Part shown: positions 27,801 through 42,600 of the stretch, piece after piece | How positions within the stretch are numbered: position 1 is the stretch's first letter | Layout of the letters: each line of letters starts with the position of its first letter | DNA from: Auanema rhodensis | Lineage: Eukaryota > Animalia > Nematoda | Direction of reading: 5' to 3' | NCBI GenBank assembly: GCA_964057225.1 | Contig: OZ059897.1 | Location: 22,816,001 to 22,880,000 of the forward strand | Length of the DNA: 64,000 nucleotides | The notes under the pieces: model-generated | What the model was told of the DNA's origin: nothing | Database searches by the model: none | What the model saw: only the letters and a program-made list of their open reading frames with translations | Position numbers and translations under genes: made by a program

Positions 27801-30624
27801 TGTACATTTAATTAGCATGAATTAAAGTTCACGTAAATTTCAAAGTCATGGTTACCATGCACCAATATCAATAAAAATTTGTTTTTAGACTAATATGGAC
27901 ATGGGGAATCTAATTTTGAAAACCGCATCTCTTTATCTTTCACGTGAAGCGAGTTACATACCAAGTGCACATCACGTGTACATTTAATTAGCATAAATTA
28001 AAGTTCACGTAAATTTCAAAGTCATGGTTACCATGAACCAATATCAATAAAAATTTGTTTTTAGACTAATATGGACATGGGAAATCTAATTTTGAAAACC
28101 GCATCTCTTTATCTTTCACGTGAAGCGAGTTACATACCAAGTGCACATCACGTGTACATTTAATTAGCATAAATTAAAGTTCACCTAAATTTCAAAGTCA
28201 TGGTTACCATGCACCAATATCAATAAAAATTTGTTTTTAGACTAATATGGACATGGGGAATCTAATTTTGAAAACCGCATCTCTTTATCTTTCACGTGAA
28301 GCGAGTTACATACCAAGTGCACATCACGTGTACATTTAATTAGCATAAATTAAAGTTCACGTAAATTTCAAAGTCATGGTTACCATGCACCAATATCAAT
28401 AAAAATTTGTTTTTAGACTAATATGGACATGGGGAATCTAATTTTGAAAACCGCATCTCTTTATCTTTCACGTGAAGCGAGTTACATACCAAGTGCACAT
28501 CACGTGTACATTTAATTAGCATAAATTAAAGTTCACGTAAATTTCAAAGTCATGGTTACCATAAACCAATATCAATAAAAATTTGTTTTTAGACTAATAT
28601 GGACATGGGAAATCTAATTTTGAAAACCGCATCTCTTCATCTTTCACGTGAAGCGAGTTACATACCAAGTGCACATCACGTGTACATTTAATTAGCATAA
28701 ATTAAAGTTCAAGTAAATTTCAAAGTCATGGTTACCATGCACCAATATCAATAAAAATTTGTTTTTAGACTAATATGGACATGGGGAATCTAATTTTGAA
28801 AACCGCATCTCTTTATCTTTCACGTGAAGCGAGTTACATACCAAGTGCACATCACGTGTACATTTAATTAGCATAAATTAAAGTTCACGTAAATTTCAAA
28901 GTCATGGTTACCATGAACCAATATCAATAAAAATTTGTTTTTAGACTAATATGGACATGGGGAATCTAATATTGGAAACCGCATCTCTTTATCTTTCACG
29001 TGAAGCGAGTTACATACCAAGTGCACATCACGTGTACATTTAATTAGCATAAATTAAAGTTCACGTAAATTTCAAAGTCATGGTTAACATGAAGCAATAT
29101 CAATAAAAATTTGTTTTTAGACTAATATGGACATGGGGAATCTAATTTTGAAAACCGCATCTCTTTATCTTTCACGTGAAGCGAGTTACATACCAAGTGC
29201 ACATCACGTGTACATTTAATTAGCATAAATTAAAGTTCACGTAAATTTCAAAGTCATGGTTACCATGAACCAATATCAATAAAAATTTGTTTTAAGACTA
29301 ATATGGACATGGGGAATCTAATTTTGAAAACCGCATCTCTTTATCTTTCACGTGAAGCGAGTTACATACCAAGTGCACATCACGTGTACATTTAATTAGC
29401 ATAAATTAAAGTTCACGTAAATTTCAAAGTCATGGTTACCATGAACCAATATCAATAAAAATTTGTTTTTAGACTAATATGGACATGGGGAATCTAATTT
29501 TGAAAACCGCATCTCTTTATATTTCACGTGAAGCGAGTTACATACCAAGTGCACATCACGTGTACATTTAATTAGCATAAATTAAAGTTCACGTAAATTT
29601 CAAAGTCATGGTTACCATGAACCAATATCAATAAAAATTTGTTTTTAGACTAATATGTACATGGGGAATCTAATTTTGAAAACCGCATCTCTTTATCTTT
29701 CACGTGAAGCGAGTTACATACCAAGTGCACATCACGTGTACATTTAATTAGCATAAATTAAATGTCACGTAAATTTCAAAGTCATGGTTACCATGAACCA
29801 ATATCAATAAAAATTTGTTTTTAGACTAATATGGACATGGGGAATCTAATTTTGAAAACCGCATCTCTTTATCTTTCACGTGAAGCGAGTTACATACCAA
29901 GTGCACATCACGTGTACATTTAATTAGCATAAATTAAAGTTCACGTAAATTTCAAAGTCATGGTTACCATGCACCAATATCAATAAAAATTTGTTTTTAA
30001 ACTAATATGGACATGGGGAATCTAATTTTGAAAACCGCATCTCTTTATCTTTCACGTGAAGCGAGTTACATACCAAGTGCACATCACGTGTACATTTAAT
30101 TAGCATGAATTAAAGTTCACGTAAATTTCAAAGTCATGGTTACCATGCACCAATATCAATAAAAATTTGTTTTTAGACTAATATGGACATGGGGAATCTA
30201 ATTTTGAAAACCGCATCTCTTTATCTTTCACGTGAAGCGAGTTACATACCAAGTGCACATCACGTGTACATTTAATTAGCATAAATTAAAGTTCACGTAA
30301 ATTTCAAAGTCATGGTTACCATGAACCAATATCAATAAAAATTTGTTTTTAGACTAATATGGACATGGGGAATCTAATTTTGAAAACCGCATCTCTTTAT
30401 CTTTCACGTGAAGCGAGTTACATACCAAGTGCACATCACGTGTACATTTAATTAGCATGAATTAAAGTTCACGTAAATTTCAAAGTCATGGTTACCATGC
30501 ACCAATATCAATAAAAATTTGTTTTTAGACTAATATGGACATGGGGAATCTAATTTTGAAAACCGCATCTCTTTATCTTTCACGTGAAGCGAGTTACATA
30601 CCAAGTGCACATCACGTGTACATT
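18833..30624 (+). repeat. Higher-order repeat of 23-24 monomers (~4.1-4.2 kb), about three tandem copies
   Basis: The four-variant marker monomer (ATGAATT, TTCTT, TTCAT, TTTTACG) starts at 18833, 23057 (+24 monomers) and 27105 (+23). More than 10 further rare variants follow in the same order. Confidence 0.92.
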
Positions 30625-33600
30625 TAATTAGCATAAATTAAAGTTCACGTAAATTTCAAAGTCATGGTTACCATGAACCAATATCAATAAAAATTTGTTT
30701 TTAGACTAATATGGACATGGGAAATCTAATTTTGAAAACCGCATCTCTTTATCTTTCACGTGAAGCGAGTTACATACCAAGTGCACATCACGTGTACATT
30801 TAATTAGCATAAATTAAAGTTCACGTAAATTTCAAAGTCATGGTTACCATGCACCAATATCAATAAAAATTTGTTTTTAGACTAATATGGACATGGGGAA
30901 TCTAATTTTGAAAACCGCATCTCTTTATCTTTCACGTGAAGCGAGTTACATACCAAGTGCACATCACGTGTACATTTAATTAGCATAAATTAAAGTTCAC
31001 GTAAATTTCAAAGTCATGGTTACCATGCACCAATATCAATAAAAATTTGTTTTTAGACTAATATGGACATGGGGAATCTAATTTTGAAAACCGCATCTCT
31101 TTATCTTTCACGTGAAGCGAGTTACATACCAAGTGCACATCACGTGTACATTTAATTAGCATAAATTAAAGTTCACGTAAATTTCAAAGTCATGGTTACC
31201 ATGAACCAATATCAATAAAAATTTGTTTTTAGACTAATATGGACATGGGGAATCTAATTTTGAAAACCGCATCTCTTTATCTTTCACGTGAAGCGAGTTA
31301 CATACCAAGTGCACATCACGTGTACATTTAATTAGCATAAATTAAAGTTCAAGTAAATTTCAAAGTCATGGTTACCATGCACCAATATCAATAAAAATTT
31401 GTTTTTAGACTAATATGGACATGGGGAATCTAATTTTGAAAACCGCATCTCTTTATCTTTCACGTGAAGCGAGTTACATACCAAGTGCACATCACGTGTA
31501 CATTTAATTAGCATAAATTAAAGTTCACGTAAATTTCAAAGTCATGGTTACCATGAACCAATATCAATAAAAATTTGTTTTTAGACTAATATGGACATGG
31601 GGAATCTAATATTGGAAACCGCATCTCTTTATCTTTCACGTGAAGCGAGTTACATACCAAGTGCACATCACGTGTACATTTAATTAGCATAAATTAAAGT
31701 TCACGTAAATTTCAAAGTCATGGTTACCATGAAGCAATATCAATAAAAATTTGTTTTTAGACTAATATGGACATGGGGAATCTAATTTTGAAAACCGCAT
31801 CTCTTTATCTTTCACGTGAAGCGAGTTACATACCAAGTGCACATCACGTGTACATTTAATTAGCATAAATTAAAGTTCACGTAAATTTCAAAGTCATGGT
31901 TACCATGAACCAATATCAATAAAAATTTGTTTTAAGACTAATATGGACATGGGGAATCTAATTTTGAAAACCGCATCTCTTTATCTTTCACGTGAAGCGA
32001 GTTACATACCAAGTGCACATCACGTGTACATTTAATTAGCATAAATTAAAGTTCACGTAAATTTCAAAGTCATGGTTACCATGAACCAATATCAATAAAA
32101 ATTTGTTTTTAGACTAATATGGACATGGGGAATCTAATTTTGAAAACCGCATCTCTTTATATTTCACGTGAAGCGAGTTACATACCAAGTGCACATCACG
32201 TGTACATTTAATTAGCATAAATTAAAGTTCACGTAAATTTCAAAGTCATGGTTACCATGAACCAATATCAATAAAAATTTGTTTTTAGGATAATATGGAC
32301 ATGGGGAATCTAATTTTGAAAACCGCATCTCTTTATCTTTCACGTGAAGCGAGTTACATACCAAGTGCACATCACGTGTACATTTAATTAGCATAAATTA
32401 AAGTTCACGTAAATTTCAAAGTCATGGTTACCATGCACCAATATCAATAAAAATTTGTTTTTAAACTAATATGGACATGGGGAATCTAATTTTGAAAACC
32501 GCATCTCTTTATCTTTCACGTGAAGCGAGTTACATACCAAGTGCACATCACGTGTACATTTAATTAGCATGAATTAAAGTTCACGTAAATTTCAAAGTCA
32601 TGGTTACCATGCACCAATATCAATAAAAATTTGTTTTTAGACTAATATGGACATGGGGAATCTAATTTTGAAAACCGCATCTCTTTATCTTTCACGTGAA
32701 GCGAGTTACATACCAAGTGCACATCACGTGTACATTTAATTAGCATAAATTAAAGTTCACGTAAATTTCAAAGTCATGGTTACCATGAACCAATATCAAT
32801 AAAAATTTGTTTTTAGACTAATATGGACATGGGGAATCTAATTTTGAAAACCGCATCTCTTTATCTTTCACGTGAAGCGAGTTACATACCAAGTGCACAT
32901 CACGTGTACATTTAATTAGCATGAATTAAAGTTCACGTAAATTTCAAAGTCATGGTTACCATGCACCAATATCAATAAAAATTTGTTTTTAGACTAATAT
33001 GGACATGGGGAATCTAATTTTGAAAACCGCATCTCTTTATCTTTCACGTGAAGCGAGTTACATACCAAGTGCACATCACGTGTACATTTAATTAGCATAA
33101 ATTAAAGTTCACGTAAATTTCAAAGTCATGGTTACCATGCACCAATATCAATAAAAATTTGTTTTTAGACTAATATGGACATGGGGAATCTAATTTTGAA
33201 AACCGCATCTCTTTATCTTTCACGTGAAGCGAGTTACATACCAAGTGCACATCACGTGTACATTTAATTAGCATAAATTAAAGTTCACGTAAATTTCAAA
33301 GTCATGGTTACCATGCACCAATATCAATAAAAATTTGTTTTTAAACTAATATGGACATGGGGAATCTAATTTTGAAAACCGCATCTCTTTATCTTTCACG
33401 TGAAGCGAGTTACATACCAAGTGCACATCACGTGTACATTTAATTAGCATGAATTAAAGTTCACGTAAATTTCAAAGTCATGGTTACCATGCACCAATAT
33501 CAATAAAAATTTGTTTTTAGACTAATATGGACATGGGGAATCTAATTTTGAAAACCGCATCTCTTTATCTTTCACGTGAAGCGAGTTACATACCAAGTGC

Positions 33601-36600
33601 ACATCACGTGTACATTTAATTAGCATAAATTAAAGTTCACGTAAATTTCAAAGTCATGGTTACCATGAACCAATATCAATAAAAATTTGTTTTTAGACTA
33701 ATATGGACATGGGGAATCTAATTTTGAAAACCGCATCTCTTTATCTTTCACGTGAAGCGAGTTACATACCAAGTGCACATCACGTGTACATTTAATTAGC
33801 ATGAATTAAAGTTCACGTAAATTTCAAAGTCATGGTTACCATGCACCAATATCAATAAAAATTTGTTTTTAGACTAATATGGACATGGGGAATCTAATTT
33901 TGAAAACCGCATCTCTTTATCTTTCACGTGAAGCGAGTTACATACCAAGTGCACATCACGTGTACATTTAATTAGCATAAATTAAAGTTCACGTAAATTT
34001 CAAAGTCATGGTTACCATGAACCAATATCAATAAAAATTTGTTTTTAGACTAATATGGACATGGGAAATCTAATTTTGAAAACCGCATCTCTTTATCTTT
34101 CACGTGAAGCGAGTTACATACCAAGTGCACATCACGTGTACATTTAATTAGCATAAATTAAAGTTCACGTAAATTTCAAAGTCATGGTTACCATGCACCA
34201 ATATCAATAAAAATTTGTTTTTAGACTAATATGGACATGGGGAATCTAATTTTGAAAACCGCATCTCTTTATCTTTCACGTGAAGCGAGTTACATACCAA
34301 GTGCACATCACGTGTACATTTAATTAGCATAAATTAAAGTTCACGTAAATTTCAAAGTCATGGTTACCATGAACCAATATCAATAAAAATTTGTTTTTAG
34401 ACTAATATGGACATGGGGAATCTAATTTTGAAAACCGCATCTCTTTATCTTTCACGTGAAGCGAGTTACATACCAAGTGCACATCACGTGTACATTTAAT
34501 TAGCATAAATTAAAGTTCACGTAAATTTCAAAGTCATGGTTACCATGAACCAATATCAATAAAAATTTGTTTTTAGACTAATATGGACATGGGGAATCTA
34601 ATTTTGAAAACCGCATCTCTTTATCTTTCACGTGAAGCGAGTTACATACCAAGTGCACATCACGTGTACATTTAATTAGCATAAATTAAAGTTCAAGTAA
34701 ATTTCAAAGTCATGGTTACCATGCACCAATATCAATAAAAATTTGTTTTTAGACTAATATGGACATGGGGAATCTAATTTTGAAAACCGCATCTCTTTAT
34801 CTTTCACGTGAAGCGAGTTACATACCAAGTGCACATCACGTGTACATTTAATTAGCATAAATTAAAGTTCACGTAAATTTCAAAGTCATGGTTACCATGA
34901 ACCAATATCAATAAAAATTTGTTTTTAGACTAATATGGACATGGGGAATCTAATATTGGAAACCGCATCTCTTTATCTTTCACGTGAAGCGAGTTACATA
35001 CCAAGTGCACATCACGTGTACATTTAATTAGCATAAATTAAAGTTCACGTAAATTTCAAAGTCATGGTTACCATGAAGCAATATCAATAAAAATTTGTTT
35101 TTAGACTAATATGGACATGGGGAATCTAATTTTGAAAACCGCATCTCTTTATCTTTCACGTGAAGCGAGTTACATACCAAGTGCACATCACGTGTACATT
35201 TAATTAGCATAAATTAAAGTTCACGTAAATTTCAAAGTCATGGTTACCATGAACCAATATCAATAAAAATTTGTTTTAAGACTAATATGGACATGGGGAA
35301 TCTAATTTTGAAAACCGCATCTCTTTATCTTTCACGTGAAGCGAGTTACATACCAAGTGCACATCACGTGTACATTTAATTAGCATAAATTAAAGTTCAC
35401 GTAAATTTCAAAGTCATGGTTACCATGAACCAATATCAATAAAAATTTGTTTTTAGACTAATATGGACATGGGGAATCTAATTTTGAAAACCGCATCTCT
35501 TTATATTTCACGTGAAGCGAGTTACATACCAAGTGCACATCACGTGTACATTTAATTAGCATAAATTAAAGTTCACGTAAATTTCAAAGTCATGGTTACC
35601 ATGAACCAATATCAATAAAAATTTGTTTTTAGACTAATATGGACATGGGGAATCTAATTTTGAAAACCGCATCTCTTTATCTTTCACGTGAAGCGAGTTA
35701 CATACCAAGTGCACATCACGTGTACATTTAATTAGCATAAATTAAATGTCACGTAAATTTCAAAGTCATGGTTACCATGAACCAATATCAATAAAAATTT
35801 GTTTTTAGACTAATATGGACATGGGGAATCTAATTTTGAAAACCGCATCTCTTTATCTTTCACGTGAAGCGAGTTACATACCAAGTGCACATCACGTGTA
35901 CATTTAATTAGCATAAATTAAAGTTCACGTAAATTTCAAAGTCATGGTTACCATGCACCAATATCAATAAAAATTTGTTTTTAGACTAATATGAACATGA
36001 AGAATCTAATTTTGAAAACCGCATCTCTTTATCTTTCACGTGAAGCGAGTTACATACCAAGTGCACATCACGTGTACATTTAATTAGCATAAATTAAAGT
36101 TCACGTAAATTTCAAAGTCATGGTTACCATGAACCAATATCAATAAAAATTTGTTTTTAGACTAATATGGACATGGGGAATCTAATTTTGAAAACCGCAT
36201 CTCTTTATCTTTCACGTGAAGCGAGTTACATACCAAGTGCACATCACGTGTACATTTAATTAGCATAAATTAAAGTTCACGTAAATTTCAAAGTCATGGT
36301 TACCATGCACCAATATCAATAAAAATTTGTTTTTAGACTAATATGGACATGGGGAATCTAATTTTGAAAACCGCATCTCTTTATCTTACACGTGAAGCGA
36401 GTTACATACCAAGTGCACATCACGTGTACATTTAATTAGCATAAATTAAAGTTCACGTAAATTTCAAAGTCATGGTTACCATGAACCAATATCAATAAAA
36501 ATTTGTTTTTAGACTAATATGGACATGGGGAATCTAATTTTGAAAACCGCATCTCTTTATCTTTCACATGAAGCGAGTTACATACCAAGTGCACATCACG

Positions 36601-39600
36601 TGTACATTTAATTAGCATAAATTAAAGTTCACGTAAATTTCAAAGTCATGGTTACCATGAAGCAATATCAATAAAAATTTGTTTTCAGACTAATATGGAC
36701 ATGGGGAATCTAATTTTGAAAACCGCATCTCTTTATCTTTCACATGAAGCGAGTTACATACCAAGTGCACATCACGTGTACATTTAATTAGCATAAATTA
36801 AAGTTCACGTAAATTTCAAAGTCATGGTTACCATGCACCAATATCAATAAAAATTTGTTTTTAGACTAATATGGACATGGGGAATCTAATTTTGAAAACC
36901 GCATCTCTTTATCTTTCACGTGAAGCGAGTTACATACCAAGTGCACATCACGTGTACATTTAATTAGCATAAATTAAAGTTCACGTAAATTTCAAAGTCA
37001 TGGTTACCATGCACCAATATCAATAAAAATTTGTTTTTAGACTAATATGGACATGGGGAATCTAATTTTGAAAACCGCATCTCTTTATCTTTCACGTGAA
37101 GCGAGTTACATACCAAGTGCACATCACGTGTACATTTAATTAGCATAAATTAAAGTTCACGTAAATTTCAAAGTCATGGTTACCATGAACCAATATCAAT
37201 AAAAATTTGTTTTTAGACTAATATGGACATGGGGAATCTAATTTTGAAAACCGCATCTTTTTATCTTTCACGTGAAGCGAGTTACATACCAAGTGCACAT
37301 CACGTGTACATTTAATTAGCATAAATTAAAGTTCACGTAAATTTCAAAGTCATGGTTACCATGCACCAATATCAATAAAAATTTGTTTTTAGACTAATAT
37401 GGACATGGGGAATCTAATTTTGAAAACCGCATCTCTTTATCTTTCACGTGAAGCGAGTTACATACCAAGTGCACATCACGTGTACATTTAATTAGCATAA
37501 ATTAAAGTTCACGTAAATTTCAAAGTCATGGTTACCATGAACCAATATCAATAAAAATTTGTTTTTGGACTAATATGGACATGGGGAATCTAATTTTGAA
37601 AACCGCATCTCTTTATCTTTCACATGAAGCGAGTTACATACCAAGTGCACATCACGTGTACATTTAATTAGCATAAATTAAAGTTCACGTAAATTTCAAA
37701 GTCATGGTTACCATGAAGCAATATCAATAAAAATTTGTTTTTAGACTAATATGGACATGGGGAATCTAATTTTGAAAACCGCATCTTTTTATCTTTCACG
37801 TGAAGCGAGTTACATACCAAGTGCACATCACGTGTACATTTAATTAGCATAAATTAAAGTTCACGTAAATTTCAAAGTCATGGTTACCATGCACCAATAT
37901 CAATAAAAATTTGTTTTTAGACTAATATGGACATGGGGAATCTAATTTTGAAAACCGCATCTCTTTATCTTTCACGTGAAGCGAGTTACATACCAAGTGC
38001 ACATCACGTGTACATTTAATTAGCATAAATTAAAGTTCACGTAAATTTCAAAGTCATGGTTACCATGAACCAATATCAATAAAAATTTGTTTTTGGACTA
38101 ATATGGACATGGGGAATCTAATTTTGAAAACCGCATCTCTTTATCTTTCACATGAAGCGAGTTACATACCAAGTGCACATCACGTGTACATTTAATTAGC
38201 ATAAATTAAAGTTCACGTAAATTTCAAAGTCATGGTTACCATGAAGCAATATCAATAAAAATTTGTTTTTAGACTAATATGGACATGGGGAATCTAATTT
38301 TGAAAACCGCATCTTTTTATCTTTCACGTGAAGCGAGTTACATACCAAGTGCACATCACGTGTACATTTAATTAGCATAAATTAAAGTTCACGTAAATTT
38401 CAAAGTCATGGTTACCATGCACCAATATCAATAAAAATTTGTTTTTAGACTAATATGGACATGGGGAATCTAATTTTGAGAACCGCATCTCTTCATCTTT
38501 TACGTGAAGCGAGTTACATACCAAGTGCACATCACGTGTACATTTAATGAGCATAAATTAAAGTTCACGTAAATTTCAAAGTCATGGTTACCATGAACTA
38601 ATATCAATAAAAATTTGTTTTTAGACTAATATGGACATGGGGAATCTAATATTGGAAACCGCATCTCTTTATCTTTCACGTGAAGCGAGTTACATACCAA
38701 GTGCACATCACGTGTACATTTAATTAGCATAAATTAAAGTTCACGTAAATTTCAAAGTCATGGTTACCATGAAGCAATATCAATAAAAATTTGTTTTTAG
38801 ACTAATATGGACATGGGGAATCTAATTTTGAAAACCGCATCTCTTTATCTTTCACGTGAAGCGAGTTACATACCAAGTGCACATCACGTGTACATTTAAT
38901 TAGCATAAATTAAAGTTCACGTAAATTTCAAAGTCATGGTTACCATGAACCAATATCAATAAAAATTTGTTTTAAGACTAATATGGACATGGGGAATCTA
39001 ATTTTGAAAACCGCATCTCTTTATCTTTCACGTGAAGCGAGTTACATACCAAGTGCACATCACGTGTACATTTAATTAGCATAAATTAAAGTTCACGTAA
39101 ATTTCAAAGTCATGGTTACCATGAACCAATATCAATAAAAATTTGTTTTTAGACTAATATGGACATGGGGAATCTAATTTTGAAAACCGCATCTCTTTAT
39201 ATTTCACGTGAAGCGAGTTACATACCAAGTGCACATCACGTGTACATTTAATTAGCATAAATTAAAGTTCACGTAAATTTCAAAGTCATGGTTACCATGA
39301 ACCAATATCAATAAAAATTTGTTTTTAGACTAATATGGACATGGGGAATCTAATTTTGAAAACCGCATCTCTTTATCTTTCACGTGAAGCGAGTTACATA
39401 CCAAGTGCACATCACGTGTACATTTAATTAGCATAAATTAAATGTCACGTAAATTTCAAAGTCATGGTTACCATGAACTAATATCAATAAAAATTTGTTT
39501 TTAGACTAATATGGACATGGGGAATCTAATATTGGAAACCGCATCTCTTTATCTTTCACGTGAAGCGAGTTACATACCAAGTGCACATCACGTGTACATT

Positions 39601-42600
39601 TAATTAGCATAAATTAAAGTTCACGTAAATTTCAAAGTCATGGTTACCATGAACCAATATCAATAAAAATTTGTTTTTAGACTAATATGGACATGGGGAA
39701 TCTAATTTTGAAAACCGCATCTCTTTATCTTTCACGTGAAGCGAGTTACATACCAAGTGCACATCACGTGTACATTTAATTAGCATAAATTAAAGTTCAC
39801 GTAAATTTCAAAGTCATGGTTACCATGAACCAATATCAATAAAAATTTGTTTTTAGACTAATATGGACATGGGGAATCTAATTTTGAAAACCGCATCTCT
39901 TTATCTTTCACGTGAAGCGAGTTACATACCAAGTGCACATCACGTGTACATTTAATTAGCATAAATTAAATGTCACGTAAATTTCAAAGTCATGGTTACC
40001 ATGAACCAATATCAATAAAAATTTGTTTTTAGACTAATATGGACATGGGGAATCTAATTTTGAAAACCGCATCTCTTTATCTTTCACGTGAAGCGAGTTA
40101 CATACCAAGTGCACATCACGTGTACATTTAATTAGCATAAATTAAAGTTCACGTAAATTTCAAAGTCATGGTTACCATGCACCAATATCAATAAAAATTT
40201 GTTTTTAGACTAATATGAACATGGGGAATCTAATTTTGAAAACCGCATCTCTTTATCTTTCACGTGAAGCGAGTTACATACCAAGTGCACATCACGTGTA
40301 CATTTAATTAGCATAAATTAAAGTTCACGTAAATTTCAAAGTCATGGTTACCATGAACCAATATCAATAAAAATTTGTTTTTAGACTAATATGGACATGT
40401 GGAATCTAATTTTGAAAACCGCATCTCTTTATCTTTCACGTGAAGCGACTTACATACCAAGTGCACATCACGTGTACATTTAATTAGCATAAATTAAAGT
40501 TCACGTAAATTTCAAAGTCATGGTTACCATGCACCAATATCAATAAAAATTTGTTTTTAGACTAATATGGACATGGGGAATCTAATTTTGAAAACCGCAT
40601 CTCTTTATCTTTCACGTGAAGCGAGTTACATACCAAGTGCACATCACGTGTACATTTAATTAGCATAAATTTAAGTTCACGTAAATTTCAAAGTCATGGT
40701 TACCATGAACCAATATCAATAAAAATTTGTTTTTAGACTAATATGGACATGGGGAATCTAATTTTGAAAACCGCATCTCTTTATCTTTCACATGAAGCGA
40801 GTTACATACCAAGTGCACATCACGTGTACATTTAATTAGCATAAATTAAAGTTCACGTAAATTTCAAAGTCATGGTTACCATGAAGCAATATCAATAAAA
40901 ATTTGTTTTTAGACTAATATGGACATGGGGAATCTAATTTTGAAAACCGCATCTTTTTATCTTTCACGTGAAGCGAGTTACATACCAAGTGCACATCACG
41001 TGTACATTTAATTAGCATAAATTAAAGTTCACGTAAATTTCAAAGTCATGGTTACCATGAACCAATATCAATAAAAATTTGTTTTTAGACTAATATGGAC
41101 ATGTGGAATCTAATTTTGAAAACCGCATCTCTTTATCTTTCACGTGAAGCGACTTACATACCAAGTGCACATCACGTGTACATTTAATTAGCATAAATTA
41201 AAGTTCACGTAAATTTCAAAGTCATGGTTACCATGCACCAATATCAATAAAAATTTGTTTTTAGACTAATATGGACATGGGGAATCTAATTTTGAAAACC
41301 GCATCTCTTTATCTTTCACGTGAAGCGAGTTACATACCAAGTGCACATCACGTGTACATTTAATTAGCATAAATTAAAGTTCACGTAAATTTCAAAGTCA
41401 TGGTTACCATGAACCAATATCAATAAAAATTTGTTTTTAGACTAATATGGACATGGGGAATCTAATTTTGAAAACCGCATCTCTTTATCTTTCACATGAA
41501 GCGAGTTACATACCAAGTGCACATCACGTGTACATTTAATTAGCATAAATTAAAGTTCACGTAAATTTCAAAGTCATGGTTACCATGAAGCAATATCAAT
41601 AAAAATTTGTTTTTAGACTAATATGGACATGGGGAATCTAATTTTGAAAACCGCATCTTTTTATCTTTCACGTGAAGCGAGTTACATACCAAGTGCACAT
41701 CACGTGTACATTTAATTAGCATAAATTAAAGTTCACGTAAATTTCAAAGTCATGGTTACCATGCACCAATATCAATAAAAATTTGTTTTTAGACTAATAT
41801 GGACATGGGGAATCTAATTTTGAAAACCGTATCTCTTCATCTTTTACGTGAAGCGAGTTACATACCAAGTGCACATCACGTGTACATTTAATGAGCATAA
41901 ATTAAAGTTCACGTAAATTTCAAAGTCATGGTTACCATGAACTAATATCAATAAAAATTTGTTTTTAGACTAATATGGACATGGGGAATCTAATTTTGAA
42001 AACCGCATCTCTTTATCTTTCACGTGAAGCGAGTTACATACCAAGTGCACATCACGTGTACATTTAATTAGCATAAATTAAAGTTCACGTAAATTTCAAA
42101 GTCATGGTTACCATGAACCAATATCAATAAAAATGTGTTTTAAGACTAATATGGACATGGGGAATCTAATTTTGAAAACCGCATCTCTTTATCTTTCACG
42201 TGAAGCGAGTTACATACCAAGTGCACATCACGTGTACATTTAATTAGCATAAATTAAAGTTCACGTAAATTTCAAAGTCATGGTTACCATGAACCAATAT
42301 CAATAAAAATTTGTTTTTAGACTAATATGGACATGGGGAATCTAATTTTGAAAACCGCATCTCTTCATCTTTTACGTGAAGCGAGTTACATACCAAGTGC
42401 ACATCACGTGTACATTTAATGAGCATAAATTAAAGTTCACGTAAATTTCAAAGTCATGGTTACCATGAACTAATATCAATAAAAATTTGTTTTTAGACTA
42501 ATATGGACATGGGGAATCTAATTTTGAAAACCGCATCTCTTTATCTTTCACGTGAAGCGAGTTACATACCAAGTGCACATCACGTGTACATTTAATTAGC

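Noticed and set aside
32212-32394. 60-aa minus-strand ORF (MLIKCTRDVHLV...)
   Set aside because: It is simply one satellite monomer read backwards. A private AC->GA change at 32289-32290 removes the TAG stop present in the other copies. 176 is not a multiple of 3, there is no recognisable domain, and there is no gene context.
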